From Halobacteriota archaeon (GTDB lineage: Archaea; Halobacteriota; Syntropharchaeia; DAOWMC01): a stretch of 57,254 nt of DNA. A program made the position numbers and the translations under genes. The DNA is taken from positions 1-57,254 of the forward strand of contig JAXHTJ010000002.1 of NCBI GenBank assembly GCA_034190245.1, in the 5' to 3' direction. The notes below the pieces were generated by a model that was not told the DNA's origin, ran no database searches, and saw only the letters and a list, made by a program, of their open reading frames with translations. This document shows positions 1 through 9,489 of this stretch, one piece after another; position 1 is the first letter of the stretch, and each line of letters starts with the position of its first letter.

Positions 1-107
1 TTTCCTTCTGGATAAACCTGATCTTTTACTGATTCCAGACACCTCCCTATCACCACCTCCGAATTATATGTCGGTATTACAACACTTACAGATGGAGCAA
101 ACGTCAT
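1..107 (-). CDS. Glycosyltransferase family 2, N-terminal fragment; the gene runs off the left edge
   Basis: Not in the ORF track. A minus-strand ATG at 107 overlaps (ATGA) the stop of the radical SAM gene at 104-106. It reads MTFAPSVSVVIPTYNSEVVIGRCLESVKDQVYPEG, the classic GT2 N-terminus (IIPTYN ... CL.S...Q). Confidence 0.55.
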   Translation of the reverse strand, partial: MTFAPSVSVVIPTYNSEVVIGRCLESVKDQVYPEG

Positions 108-1639
108 TGACCCTCCCCAACCGAAAAATCCTTTATATGACCAAAAACCTTCTTTGTCCCCTTCAAGATAAATTGCATGTCCTCAAAACTCCTTATCCCT
201 GCAAATTTTCTGATAACATAAGATGGGTTGAAGAATAGCCTGTACATCTTTTGAGTGATCTCTTTTACATCTTCTTCATCAAGAGGGGTCTTCATCACCA
301 ACTTTCGCATATCATACTCATCCCAATCTTCGGTTACAAGAAGGCCATTTCTCTTACATTCTTCGAAGAGAGGAGTTCCCGGGTAGGGGATAACCATTGT
401 TGCTTGTAAAGTGTCAGCATATCCCTTCTCAAAAAGATCTTTTGCCAGATCAAAAGTTTTGAATGCATCCTCTCTATCCTCCCACGGATAACCGAGCATT
501 ATTGTCAGATGTGGTTCCAAACCCGCCTGTTTTGCTTCTTTGGAAGAGTCTTTTATCTGGCATATCCTCAAGTTTTTATCTATCTTATCAAGAGTATCCT
601 GACTTGCAGATTCGAGACCGAATAAAACCATCCTGAAACCGGCTCTTTTCATGAGTTCGTAGTCCGCAAAACTGCAAGCTCCAAAGCGCATGTTACAGCC
701 AAAATCGATCTCTCTATCATATCCCCTTTCTATCATCAGTTCACAGAACTTTTTTAACCAGTTTCCCACTGGAAAAGTACCAGCATCATCGAATACGGTT
801 TTAACGCCGTATTTTTCAATTAAAAAACCGATCTCATCGGCGAGGAGCTCCGGACTTCTATTCCTGCAGGTAGGGTAAAGCGTAGTCCAGCTACAGAAAG
901 CGCAGCGGTGCCACCAGCAATCACGACCTGTCATGGTGTAAACACCCGGCACTCTTTTGAAGTTCCCATTCTTTTTTGAATACAACTCCCACCTGGTTAA
1001 ATCACGATCGATGAAAGGCAGGGAATTTAAATCATGATCCAACTGGAATTTTCCCGTTTCCCTTATTTTCCCGTCCTCTCTATACCAAATTCCGCCCCCA
1101 AGCTTTTCTGCTCCTTCCAGCCATTTAACTAGATTCAACAAAAGAAAATCGTAATCCCCACCTGTCAAAACAAAATCAACCCGGGAGTTGTGAAATGATT
1201 CCTCGGGTAGAGCAGTAACATGATCTCCAACCAAGACTACTTTAGTTTCAGAACTAACCCGCTTGATATCTTCGGTTATCCTCCAATGTTTCTTTACAAC
1301 AGGCGTCTTTGTTTCAATCATCACAAGGTCAGGTGATCTTCTCTCGAAGTCTTTAAGCCAGATCTCATAGCTCTTTTCTTCAGCAATTCCATCGTCCCAG
1401 ATTATTTCATGGCCAGCTTGGTCGAGCAGAGTCGCAGCATAAGCAGGAACACAGGGGTAGATGTATGTGGGCTGGTTGAAGAATTGAAATTGCCTGTTCT
1501 GCGAGATTAAAGGAATGCCCTTCTGGCTTTCTATAGGTGGATAAGATATTGCAACCTTTATCTTACCAACTCCTTTTTGGATAGACCGATTAAAAAATAG
1601 ATCCCATAGGTTAAATGTGTTAGTATGGTTCCGATCCAT
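104..1639 (-). CDS. B12-binding domain radical SAM protein (class B-like)
   Basis: 511-aa ORF. The N-terminal part resembles a cobalamin-binding Rossmann-like domain (KVAISYPPIES...VLVGDHVT). The Cys cluster is DCWWHRCAFCSW, followed by a TIM-barrel-like region. It overlaps the upstream GT2 gene by 82 nt. Confidence 0.8.
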   Translation of the reverse strand: MDRNHTNTFNLWDLFFNRSIQKGVGKIKVAISYPPIESQKGIPLISQNRQFQFFNQPTYIYPCVPAYAATLLDQAGHEIIWDDGIAEEKSYEIWLKDFERRSPDLVMIETKTPVVKKHWRITEDIKRVSSETKVVLVGDHVTALPEESFHNSRVDFVLTGGDYDFLLLNLVKWLEGAEKLGGGIWYREDGKIRETGKFQLDHDLNSLPFIDRDLTRWELYSKKNGNFKRVPGVYTMTGRDCWWHRCAFCSWTTLYPTCRNRSPELLADEIGFLIEKYGVKTVFDDAGTFPVGNWLKKFCELMIERGYDREIDFGCNMRFGACSFADYELMKRAGFRMVLFGLESASQDTLDKIDKNLRICQIKDSSKEAKQAGLEPHLTIMLGYPWEDREDAFKTFDLAKDLFEKGYADTLQATMVIPYPGTPLFEECKRNGLLVTEDWDEYDMRKLVMKTPLDEEDVKEITQKMYRLFFNPSYVIRKFAGIRSFEDMQFILKGTKKVFGHIKDFSVGEGQ

Positions 1640-2505
1640 ACCGGCAAGATCATTTTAACATCTCTTGTAAGAATTGCTGTAACAAAGGCTAGGATCAGGT
1701 AGATAGATAGGATACTCAAAAAGGGAATTCTTAGCACCGGAATAAAATAGGAGAATATGGCACCAAAGACAAGGAAAAGAATCAAAAGTGAGGGGGCAAA
1801 ATAAGTTGGTCTGAGTGAAGTCTCAGGATACTTTTTAGCAAAGAATCCTCTGTGCATGCCAAATCGTGAAAGTTGCCTCAAATGGGGTAAAAACAGAGGC
1901 CTACGGTGGTGGTAAATTACGACATCGGGATCTTCGAGCATCTTTTTACCAAGCTTTTTTATCCCAAGGCACATGAGTGTATCTTCCCCTGGCCAATATT
2001 TCTCATCCCACTTGACCTCTTCAACCACGGATCTTCTTGCGATGAAATTGCAGGAATGGATATCATCCGAATTCCTGGCCTTTTTAACATCATATCTGCT
2101 CGAGAGTCCACCAACCATAAAAGAAGACAAGATATAACCTGAGGCCCTCTGCATCATGGAATCCTCTTTTGGAGTAATCCCAGGGCCCCCCATGGCCGCA
2201 ACCTCAGGATCAGAAAAACATTTTATAGCATTATGAAGCCAATCGCTTCTTGGATATGCATCGTCATCGATGAAAGCGCAAAACACCCCTTTAGCCTGTT
2301 CTACTCCAATATTTCTCTTTTTGCCTGGAGTTTCAGGTCCCGTTGGGATAATTCTCACTCCTTCAATCTCTTTTATCGGATTGTCCGGGAGTAAAATGAT
2401 CTCATAGTCTTGATAATCCTGATTTTTACAACCTTCAATGCACCTCCCAACATATCCATTATACTCTTTGAAAGGGATTATTATAGAAACCGAGCCATAT
2501 TTCAT
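1558..2505 (-). CDS. Glycosyltransferase family 2 with C-terminal transmembrane helices
   Basis: VSIIIPFKEYNGYVGRCIEGCKNQDY, the FIDDDAYP (DxD) motif, and a hydrophobic C-terminal third. Confidence 0.8.
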   Translation of the reverse strand: MKYGSVSIIIPFKEYNGYVGRCIEGCKNQDYQDYEIILLPDNPIKEIEGVRIIPTGPETPGKKRNIGVEQAKGVFCAFIDDDAYPRSDWLHNAIKCFSDPEVAAMGGPGITPKEDSMMQRASGYILSSFMVGGLSSRYDVKKARNSDDIHSCNFIARRSVVEEVKWDEKYWPGEDTLMCLGIKKLGKKMLEDPDVVIYHHRRPLFLPHLRQLSRFGMHRGFFAKKYPETSLRPTYFAPSLLILFLVFGAIFSYFIPVLRIPFLSILSIYLILAFVTAILTRDVKMILPVWIGTILTHLTYGIYFLIGLSKKELVR

Positions 2506-2543
2506 CTAATCACTTTTGGTATTTTCTTGCCTTTAAAAAAATA

Positions 2544-3335
2544 TCAAGTTATGGTTCTATCATAATACTTGGCAACTTTCAACCTATAGAAAACACCGCA
2601 AGTGTCTACGAACATGTGGTATATCTCATTCCAATCAACTTTGGAGTCAAAACTATGGTTCAGCTCAATGGGCGCTTCGGTAATGCTATATCCTTTGTGA
2701 TGCGCATTCGCCATCAATTCTATATCATACGCATATTTTTTTACAACCATCTTCGGCATAACGTCTCCCAGAACGTTATATTTGAAGAGTTTCAGACCTA
2801 CCTGGGTATCTCTGATACTAAGACCAAAGAGTATCCTGTTCAGTGTCTGATAACCCCTGCTCAGAACTCTCCTATCAAGCGGATAATCCACCTTGGATAG
2901 GGGATGCCTCTTTGAACCCACAACGACATCTGCACCACTTTTATTCATATATTCTACTAAAGTTTTGATCTGCTTTGGATGAAGATCCATATCGGCATCA
3001 ATAAAGACAACCAGATCACCTGTTGCAAATCTAAACCCATACCTTATTGCGTTTCCCTTGCCCTGGTTCTCTGTGTAGCCAACGATCTTTATATTCTCCG
3101 ATTTAAGTTTGGACACCTCAGTCAAAGTTTCATCTGTCGATCCATCATTGACGACGATGATTTCATGATTAATCTGGAGTTCATCGATCGATTTAACTAT
3201 CTCCACCAGGTTTTCACATATTTTGTGCTCTTCATTGTACGCAGGCACGATAATCGAGAGTTTTTCACTTTTCAAACCATCTCCCCTAAGGCTCCCCTGC
3301 ATCATAACCCTCTCTTCTTTATCTACTCTTAACAT
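2544..3335 (-). CDS. Glycosyltransferase family 2 (dolichyl-phosphate sugar synthase-like)
   Basis: LSIIVPAYNEE, VVNDGSTDET, FIDADMD. The likelier start is the MMQG Met at about 3305, which follows GAGAGGG. Confidence 0.8.
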   Translation of the reverse strand: MLRVDKEERVMMQGSLRGDGLKSEKLSIIVPAYNEEHKICENLVEIVKSIDELQINHEIIVVNDGSTDETLTEVSKLKSENIKIVGYTENQGKGNAIRYGFRFATGDLVVFIDADMDLHPKQIKTLVEYMNKSGADVVVGSKRHPLSKVDYPLDRRVLSRGYQTLNRILFGLSIRDTQVGLKLFKYNVLGDVMPKMVVKKYAYDIELMANAHHKGYSITEAPIELNHSFDSKVDWNEIYHMFVDTCGVFYRLKVAKYYDRTIT

Positions 3336-3599
3336 TATATACTTTAACTATATACACCCCTACATACCAAGTTTTCACCCACTCAAACCCTTATTTTTAG
3401 GGGTTAAACTGAAAAATAATCAACTTAATAATACTTAACAGTTTCCCTCAAAAATCCGTTCTTGAGGAAAAACTTTCAGCACCATTAGCATAAATACTAT
3501 GAGTTATCGCCACTTCTAAATTCTTGCCCCAGCTTTCACTGAGTTGATATTGTCACTGAGAAGATAAAATATAGATAATTTACCCTCACAACTACACAA

Positions 3600-4586
3600 T
3601 TAAAAGACAAGGGGTATCATGAAAACATATTCAAGCAACCTATTTATTAACCCTGAATTTTTAGGGTTAGATTTGGTTACAGGCTTCATAGTCAGTGAGA
3701 GTGGATCAGATTCATGTTCGTTGATCCCATTTTTATATGTAGCCCTAAATGTAGCCTCTTTTTGACCAGTTCCAGATACATTTTTCACTGTAAATTCTGC
3801 CGTACTTGATTCACCAGCTTTTAATGTACCAACGTAAACCTTTCTGACTTCAAATTTCACATCATCCGCATCCGAGATCACAGTGATGCTACTTGCATCA
3901 CCAAGCCCTGTATTCGCAACTTCCATCTTGATCACGCTGCCATCTCCGACTGTGGAAGGTACGCTCAGCGGTATCAACTCCACGGTGCTGCTCACAATTA
4001 GTGGGATCTGATACCTGATCTCTTTACTCGCGGTGCCATCAACACCTTCGATCTCCGCATAAAACTTCACCATGTATATGCCCCCTTTGTCTGGTGCCAC
4101 TATTTTAAAGCTCAGATCCAGCTCTTTTCCCGGTCCGATCACGCCAACTTTGCTATATTCGTTGTATACTTTGATGCTCTTATCACCGACGACATCATTG
4201 CCAGATATGTATGCCTTCTTCACATATGCATCCATTGTTAACGTTTTTGTTATATCGGCATCAACAATCGTCTTTCCTTTTCCCGATTGCCATCCACCCT
4301 CGTACCATTCGCTTCTTAAACCACGTTTCCATCCATCAATCGGATCCTCCTGTGTATTCTCAAGTCTCACCGTAAGGATCGCCTCATCCCCCGGCATCAG
4401 TGCATCGGGCGTTATCGTATAACCGGATACCATGACCTGAGGCTGTGGTACCTTTCCACCCTCAACCCAGGATATCGCATCTTCATAGCTTATCGTGTCT
4501 GCTGCTACCGGTATAACCATCATAAGTAGCATTGATATAGACAGCTGTGCTGTTATTTTTAATGCATTTATAGTCATATTTAACAC
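3600..4586 (-). CDS. Secreted surface protein with beta-rich CARDB/S-layer-like repeats
   Basis: Sec-type signal peptide (ITAQLSISMLLMMVIPVAADT), beta-rich repeats and a hydrophobic C-terminal tail (YVFMIPLVF). TTTATATA lies about 40 nt upstream and AGAGGTG precedes the ATG. Confidence 0.55.
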   Translation of the reverse strand: MLNMTINALKITAQLSISMLLMMVIPVAADTISYEDAISWVEGGKVPQPQVMVSGYTITPDALMPGDEAILTVRLENTQEDPIDGWKRGLRSEWYEGGWQSGKGKTIVDADITKTLTMDAYVKKAYISGNDVVGDKSIKVYNEYSKVGVIGPGKELDLSFKIVAPDKGGIYMVKFYAEIEGVDGTASKEIRYQIPLIVSSTVELIPLSVPSTVGDGSVIKMEVANTGLGDASSITVISDADDVKFEVRKVYVGTLKAGESSTAEFTVKNVSGTGQKEATFRATYKNGINEHESDPLSLTMKPVTKSNPKNSGLINRLLEYVFMIPLVF

Positions 4587-4614
4587 CTCTAATAAGTAGA
4601 ATAACGGATAAGTG

Positions 4615-4622
4615 TATATAAA
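4615..4622 (-). promoter_or_regulatory. TATA box (TTTATATA on the minus strand) upstream of the 3600..4586 gene
   Basis: The minus strand reads CTAAACCTTTATATACACTTATCC...AGAGGTGTTAAATATG. This is a consensus archaeal TATA box plus an SD-like element. Confidence 0.35.
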
Positions 4623-4684
4623 GGTTTAGAAAAAATAGCAACTAATATTGAATTGAGCCAGTGTCTCAATTCTATCTTTTAAAC

Positions 4685-5437
4685 TCACCATCTTTCAAGG
4701 AATCGCTCTAGTAGCGTCCTGCGCCTTATATAAGGTTTAAGTACAAGCGTTTTGCCTGCCAGTTCACAAGCTACTTCCATTGCCTTTGTCCGATCACCCA
4801 GATGATCCACAAGCCCCAACTCCTGGGCTTCTCTTCCTAAAAACGGTTTTCCGGAAGTCAGTTTCTTCAATGTCTCTTCATCTTCTATCTTTCTATTCGC
4901 CTTTATCTCGTTGACAAACTCTTTATTCACCGCCTCAAGATGCTCTTTGATAAATTCCTCACCCTCTTTTGACATCTTTTTAAAGGGGGAGCCGACATCT
5001 TTGAACTTTCCTGTTGAAAGTGATTTTACGTCGATTCCGATCTTCTCCAAAAGTTCTGACAGGTTAAAGTGTGTGGTTATGGTTCCGATAGATCCAACAT
5101 CACTGAGAGGGTCTGCAATAATTTTATCACAGGCTGAAGCAATCCAGTATGCTCCGGATGTTCCATGCGCTTTTATCAAGGCAACCTTGGGCTTGTTTAA
5201 CCTCTTAATAGCATCCCCTATCTGTTTACTTGCATAAGCCTCTCCACCAGGGGAATTTATCTCGAATATCACTGCTCCGGCTTTGCTCTTGTTTAATTCA
5301 TCGATATAGTTGACGATATCATCGGAAAAGGCCACAGGTGTAAAAAAAGAGGAAAAAGGCATCCTTCTTCCAGGAACAATCGCACCTTGGATAGGCACAG
5401 TTACAGCAACTTCTTTTCTTAATTTCGTTTTTATCAC
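4685..5437 (-). CDS. sppA: Signal peptide peptidase SppA-like S49 serine peptidase
   Basis: EINSPGGE and GTSGAYWIASACDKI (Ser nucleophile context), with STGKFKD as the Lys of the dyad. It uses a GTG start. Confidence 0.7.
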   Translation of the reverse strand: MIKTKLRKEVAVTVPIQGAIVPGRRMPFSSFFTPVAFSDDIVNYIDELNKSKAGAVIFEINSPGGEAYASKQIGDAIKRLNKPKVALIKAHGTSGAYWIASACDKIIADPLSDVGSIGTITTHFNLSELLEKIGIDVKSLSTGKFKDVGSPFKKMSKEGEEFIKEHLEAVNKEFVNEIKANRKIEDEETLKKLTSGKPFLGREAQELGLVDHLGDRTKAMEVACELAGKTLVLKPYIRRRTLLERFLERW

Positions 5438-5572
5438 CTTTTTTAAAAGATTTAAATTAAGATATTTATGTCATTTATAACATCTGTGTGGAATGAGATA
5501 AAGCTTATCACTGAAGTTTTGTCTTTCGAGCGAAAATTTCAAAGCGTGGTGAGAAGTCCCCTTTAGGGATGG

Positions 5573-7093
5573 TTATAAAACTTTGTATAAAGAAAGATAC
5601 TGCTCGAAATATTCTGTTTCACTCTCTTCTCCTGTATAAATCTCGGAAGATATGCTCGGAAGCTTCGTTTTGTAATATGATGTATAAACATCAGAATATC
5701 CCTCCTTTTCCAGCTTACCCTCTAGTCCATCTCTTCCGTCAGTAATCAAAAATATTGTTGCTTCATTCGTGCTATCTGAAAGATTCCTTAAATCGGATAT
5801 GTTTGTCAGATAATCTTCCTTCTTCAGACTGAGCACTTCAATATCCGGACCACCTGACCTTAAATACCAGCTCAGTTGTGGATCATATCTATTTGGCGTG
5901 AGGACAACTACATCCTTCAAGGTATCGGTTTTTGAGAGTATATAGGACGAAATATCTCCAGTACATGTATATCCAAAGTCTCCAGTATATGATAAGAACA
6001 CATATGAGACTGGAATTATAAAAAGTATTACCAAAATAGACATCATTACACTCAATCTTCTCCGAGATTTTTTTTCTGATGCAAATGCATCTCTAAAACT
6101 AAAGATGCCTTTTGATGCCAGTATAGCAGATGGAACAGTCAGGGGGAGGATATAATATTCGTGGCTTGGCGGAGTTCCTACAAGTACAAATAAACCATAT
6201 AAACATAGCCAGATAACAAGAATGTTCTTCAAGTCCCTCGACTTATAAATTTCATAAAATGCGAAAAGTAGAACCAATGGTGAAATTCCAACAAGCACAC
6301 CTCCTAAAGTATTTTTCAAGTTTAAAAACGGTATCAATCTTTGCGTACCTACGCCATAAACAAGGTAACTTATTTCTAGTGTGTTTCCGTTTATCATATG
6401 ATACATGACATAAGCTAAAATTGGAAGTAACCCTATCAAAATCGGTAATATACATCTTTTAATAATTCCAAATATCTCAGCTCTTTCAACTGCAAGAACT
6501 GCCCACGCCACAATGATTATTATTACCATAGCTGAAGGCTGTTTGGTAAATACAGCAAGTCCAAAGAAGATACCTGAAGGGATATAACTCTTATTGTGGT
6601 TATACGCGTATATGAAAGACGCTATAGAAGCAGTCATAAGTGCAGTCATTACCATATCTGTCTGAACTCTTCCTGAAAGGTGCACCACCCAGGGAATGAA
6701 CAAAAATATAAGAGAGGCTAGAAGTCCAACATCCCTGTCATACAGCTCTTTTGCCAGAAGATATACGAAAGGAATGGTGAAAGTTGTCGCGAGGATGGAA
6801 GTAAGTCTTGCACTGATGTCTGAGATGCCAAAAATCTTGAAAGATGCAAATACAATCCATGAATAAAAAGGTGGAAGTGCCCAATTAATGATCCCTCCCC
6901 GCTCCTGAATCAGAAGCGAATGCTCAAAATAACCCTTGGCAATGAGCGAATAATGCCCTTCATTCCAACCATGATAGAATGGATAGGATGAGAGAGTGGC
7001 AAGGTAAAACCTCAATATAAAGAAAATAATACTGGTACATAGTAAAGCCAATTCAACCCTATATCTCTTTATTATATTTTCATTCTTCATCAA
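5573..7093 (-). CDS. GT-C fold glycosyltransferase (family 39 / ArnT-PMT-like)
   Basis: 506 aa and polytopic (more than 10 hydrophobic helices). The N-terminal region matches the PMT_2/ArnT pattern, and there is a soluble C-terminal domain. Confidence 0.7.
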   Translation of the reverse strand: MMKNENIIKRYRVELALLCTSIIFFILRFYLATLSSYPFYHGWNEGHYSLIAKGYFEHSLLIQERGGIINWALPPFYSWIVFASFKIFGISDISARLTSILATTFTIPFVYLLAKELYDRDVGLLASLIFLFIPWVVHLSGRVQTDMVMTALMTASIASFIYAYNHNKSYIPSGIFFGLAVFTKQPSAMVIIIIVAWAVLAVERAEIFGIIKRCILPILIGLLPILAYVMYHMINGNTLEISYLVYGVGTQRLIPFLNLKNTLGGVLVGISPLVLLFAFYEIYKSRDLKNILVIWLCLYGLFVLVGTPPSHEYYILPLTVPSAILASKGIFSFRDAFASEKKSRRRLSVMMSILVILFIIPVSYVFLSYTGDFGYTCTGDISSYILSKTDTLKDVVVLTPNRYDPQLSWYLRSGGPDIEVLSLKKEDYLTNISDLRNLSDSTNEATIFLITDGRDGLEGKLEKEGYSDVYTSYYKTKLPSISSEIYTGEESETEYFEQYLSLYKVL

Positions 7094-7095
7094 GT

Positions 7096-7761
7096 TTATT
7101 TTCTCTCCTTTGCAGCGTGAAAGAATGCCTGTTTGCCAAATATTTTTTGAATCGGCGGAAATCTTAGATATAGTTTCAGGAAAAATATCGACTTAGGTAA
7201 TTTACTTTTCGTTGAGTAGGGTAAAAATTTCGGTTTACATTCAACAACTTCAAACCCGTTGATCTCTAAGACCTCGGACAAGCTTCTATCATCTAAGGGC
7301 GTTATATGGTCAAAGAACATCCAGTAATCCTTGAAACAAAACCTGATGTTGGGCTGTAAAATCAAGAATTTACCCCTCTTCCTTAAGACTCTATGAACTT
7401 CAGTAATCGTTTTAATGATATCTTCTCTGCTTAAGTGTTCAAAAAAATTGTTGGCAAATACCACATCGATACTTTCATCTTTTATTTGATTCATATCCAC
7501 AGAACTTGTTGTAATCGCTTCAACATCATCCCCTGCAAATTTTTTAACGTCCGGATTTAGATCTATAGCAACTTTTTTGCTTGCTTGGATGTTATTTATG
7601 AATTCGCAGTATCCAGCACCAATTTCAAGTATGCATGCGTCTTCAGAGATATGTCTCTGAAAAAAACTAGAGCAAAGAACTTCATACATCTTTTGACGGA
7701 ACTCGAAATCTTCACCAAATCTTCTATGGTATGTTTCTTGATACAGATCACTCATTTTCAT
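7096..7761 (-). CDS. Class I SAM-dependent methyltransferase
   Basis: Motif I is ILEIGAGYCEF, followed by VAIDLNPD and DVVFANNFFEHL. It overlaps the upstream gene by 14 nt. Confidence 0.75.
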   Translation of the reverse strand: MKMSDLYQETYHRRFGEDFEFRQKMYEVLCSSFFQRHISEDACILEIGAGYCEFINNIQASKKVAIDLNPDVKKFAGDDVEAITTSSVDMNQIKDESIDVVFANNFFEHLSREDIIKTITEVHRVLRKRGKFLILQPNIRFCFKDYWMFFDHITPLDDRSLSEVLEINGFEVVECKPKFLPYSTKSKLPKSIFFLKLYLRFPPIQKIFGKQAFFHAAKERK

Positions 7762-9481
7762 CTTTATCTACACTCCCATCTCGCCTAAAAAACCATCTCG
7801 ATGCAAACCCTATATGAATCGCTGATATTAACCCAAAGATATAGACTATAAGAGCCCTCGAAAAATGATCGACCAAGGCTATAGACATTCCAATATCCGA
7901 AGATATACCAAATAATGCAAGCATGGATGTAATCGAAGCTTCGTGAACCCCGATTCCTGCAGGTGTAACCGGAAGAGCCTGAACTATGAATGCAGTTACT
8001 CCCGAGACAGTAGCAAACAAGAAAGGTATTTTAAAATCAATTGCTTTTGCTGCAAAGAATATGCTTGATATATCAGACAGCCATATTGGTACTGAGAGAG
8101 CGAAACAAAGAGCTATCGCCGCATTGTTCTCGCGAATACCGTCCAGTCCTTCTTTTAATGAATGTATCGACTCTTCTATCGACGGGATCCGGTTCTTAAA
8201 CACATTAATTATGTAATCATCGAAGAGATATATCATGAATAGGGCAAATACGAGTCCAAATGCAATTACAACAGAAAATATTTCAAGCAATAAAAATTGT
8301 TCTTGATGAAAAAGGATACCGGGTATTAACAAAAGTATTGCAAGCGCCACCATATCAAATGCCCGTTCCAGTACAATTGTTGACAGGCTCATACCGAGAG
8401 GCTTTCCTTCAGTTGTCTTCAGCGCTACACCTCTTGCGACGTCTCCAATTCTTGCCGGGAGCAGGTAATTGATCAACCAGCCAAACATGATGCATTTGAA
8501 GAGCACATCTCTTGGTGCAACATGCCCTGCGCTTCTCAGTATAACACTCCACCTCCAGGTTCTTAATATGAACGTTGAAAGAATTGCAGCACAACTGAAG
8601 AGAAACCAATGCAATGAAACGGTTCTCAAAATAGTGAAAACATCTGAGAATCCGGAAAATGTGAAGACGCCCACTAAGATCAGCAACCCAAGTACTATTG
8701 CAACCATCATACTTATCCAAGAACCCCTGACGACAGCATTTAACAGATCGCGCAACGCAACAAGATTTCCTAAGAAAAATAGCTTGAGCAACCTTTTACC
8801 ATATACAACACCATTTTCTGATAGTTTCAACTTTGCATCTCCTGCTTCCCTGTCCTGCCAGGTTACAGGTACTTCTGCGCTTCCAAATCCTGAAATATGT
8901 GCTTTTATGGGTACTTCTACTGTTAAGTCAAACCCCTCCGCCTCCATGTTTTCAATACCAATCTCATCTAACACTTCCCTTTTGTATGCCTTGAATGCGT
9001 TTGTTACATCTTTATGAGGGAGTCCAAAGAGAAAACGAAATAGATTGTTAAAGATCCGATTGGCAATCATTTTTGCAGTGGGATAGCCAACAAGCGAACC
9101 ACCCTCTATAAATCTTGAGCCGTAGGCAATATCATATCCTTCTTCAATCTTTTCCACAAGTTTTTGAATATCCTTCGGGTCGTCAGACAGATCGCCCATG
9201 AACGGGATTATTATCTCCCCTATAGCATGTTCAAAACCCGCTTTTATTGCATTTCCAAAACCTGGCGAGCTTGTCCTGTGAACAGGTTTAATCCGTGGAT
9301 TCTCGCCTGCGAGGTGATCGATGATTGTAGGTGTGTTATCTGTGCTGTTATCATTCACCAGAACTATCTCATAGTCGCTTGTCTTCTCGTGACCTGATAA
9401 AACGGGAACCAATCCCTCAATTAACTTCTCGATATTCCCTTCTTCGTTATGCGCCGGTACAACGCAGGATATTTTTACCAT
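7748..9481 (-). CDS. GT2 glycosyltransferase fused to a flippase-like (LPG-synthase TM type) membrane domain
   Basis: The N-terminus reads ISCVVPAHNEEGNI, VLVNDNSTDNT and PFMGDLSDDP. The C-terminal roughly 330 aa are polytopic with the PARIGDVARG motif typical of this TM domain. Confidence 0.75.
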   Translation of the reverse strand: MVKISCVVPAHNEEGNIEKLIEGLVPVLSGHEKTSDYEIVLVNDNSTDNTPTIIDHLAGENPRIKPVHRTSSPGFGNAIKAGFEHAIGEIIIPFMGDLSDDPKDIQKLVEKIEEGYDIAYGSRFIEGGSLVGYPTAKMIANRIFNNLFRFLFGLPHKDVTNAFKAYKREVLDEIGIENMEAEGFDLTVEVPIKAHISGFGSAEVPVTWQDREAGDAKLKLSENGVVYGKRLLKLFFLGNLVALRDLLNAVVRGSWISMMVAIVLGLLILVGVFTFSGFSDVFTILRTVSLHWFLFSCAAILSTFILRTWRWSVILRSAGHVAPRDVLFKCIMFGWLINYLLPARIGDVARGVALKTTEGKPLGMSLSTIVLERAFDMVALAILLLIPGILFHQEQFLLLEIFSVVIAFGLVFALFMIYLFDDYIINVFKNRIPSIEESIHSLKEGLDGIRENNAAIALCFALSVPIWLSDISSIFFAAKAIDFKIPFLFATVSGVTAFIVQALPVTPAGIGVHEASITSMLALFGISSDIGMSIALVDHFSRALIVYIFGLISAIHIGFASRWFFRRDGSVDKDENE

Positions 9482-9489
9482 TGTTATGA

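Noticed and set aside
8469-9017. Long antisense ORFs inside well-supported genes (8469-9017, 19076-19528, 20987-21556, 40195-40638, 43311-43826, 48223-48759 and many shorter ones).
   Set aside because: Their composition is low-complexity and Ser/Leu/Phe-rich. They have no recognisable motifs. Each is fully embedded opposite a CDS with strong family signatures. 20987-21556 even spans two opposite-strand genes.
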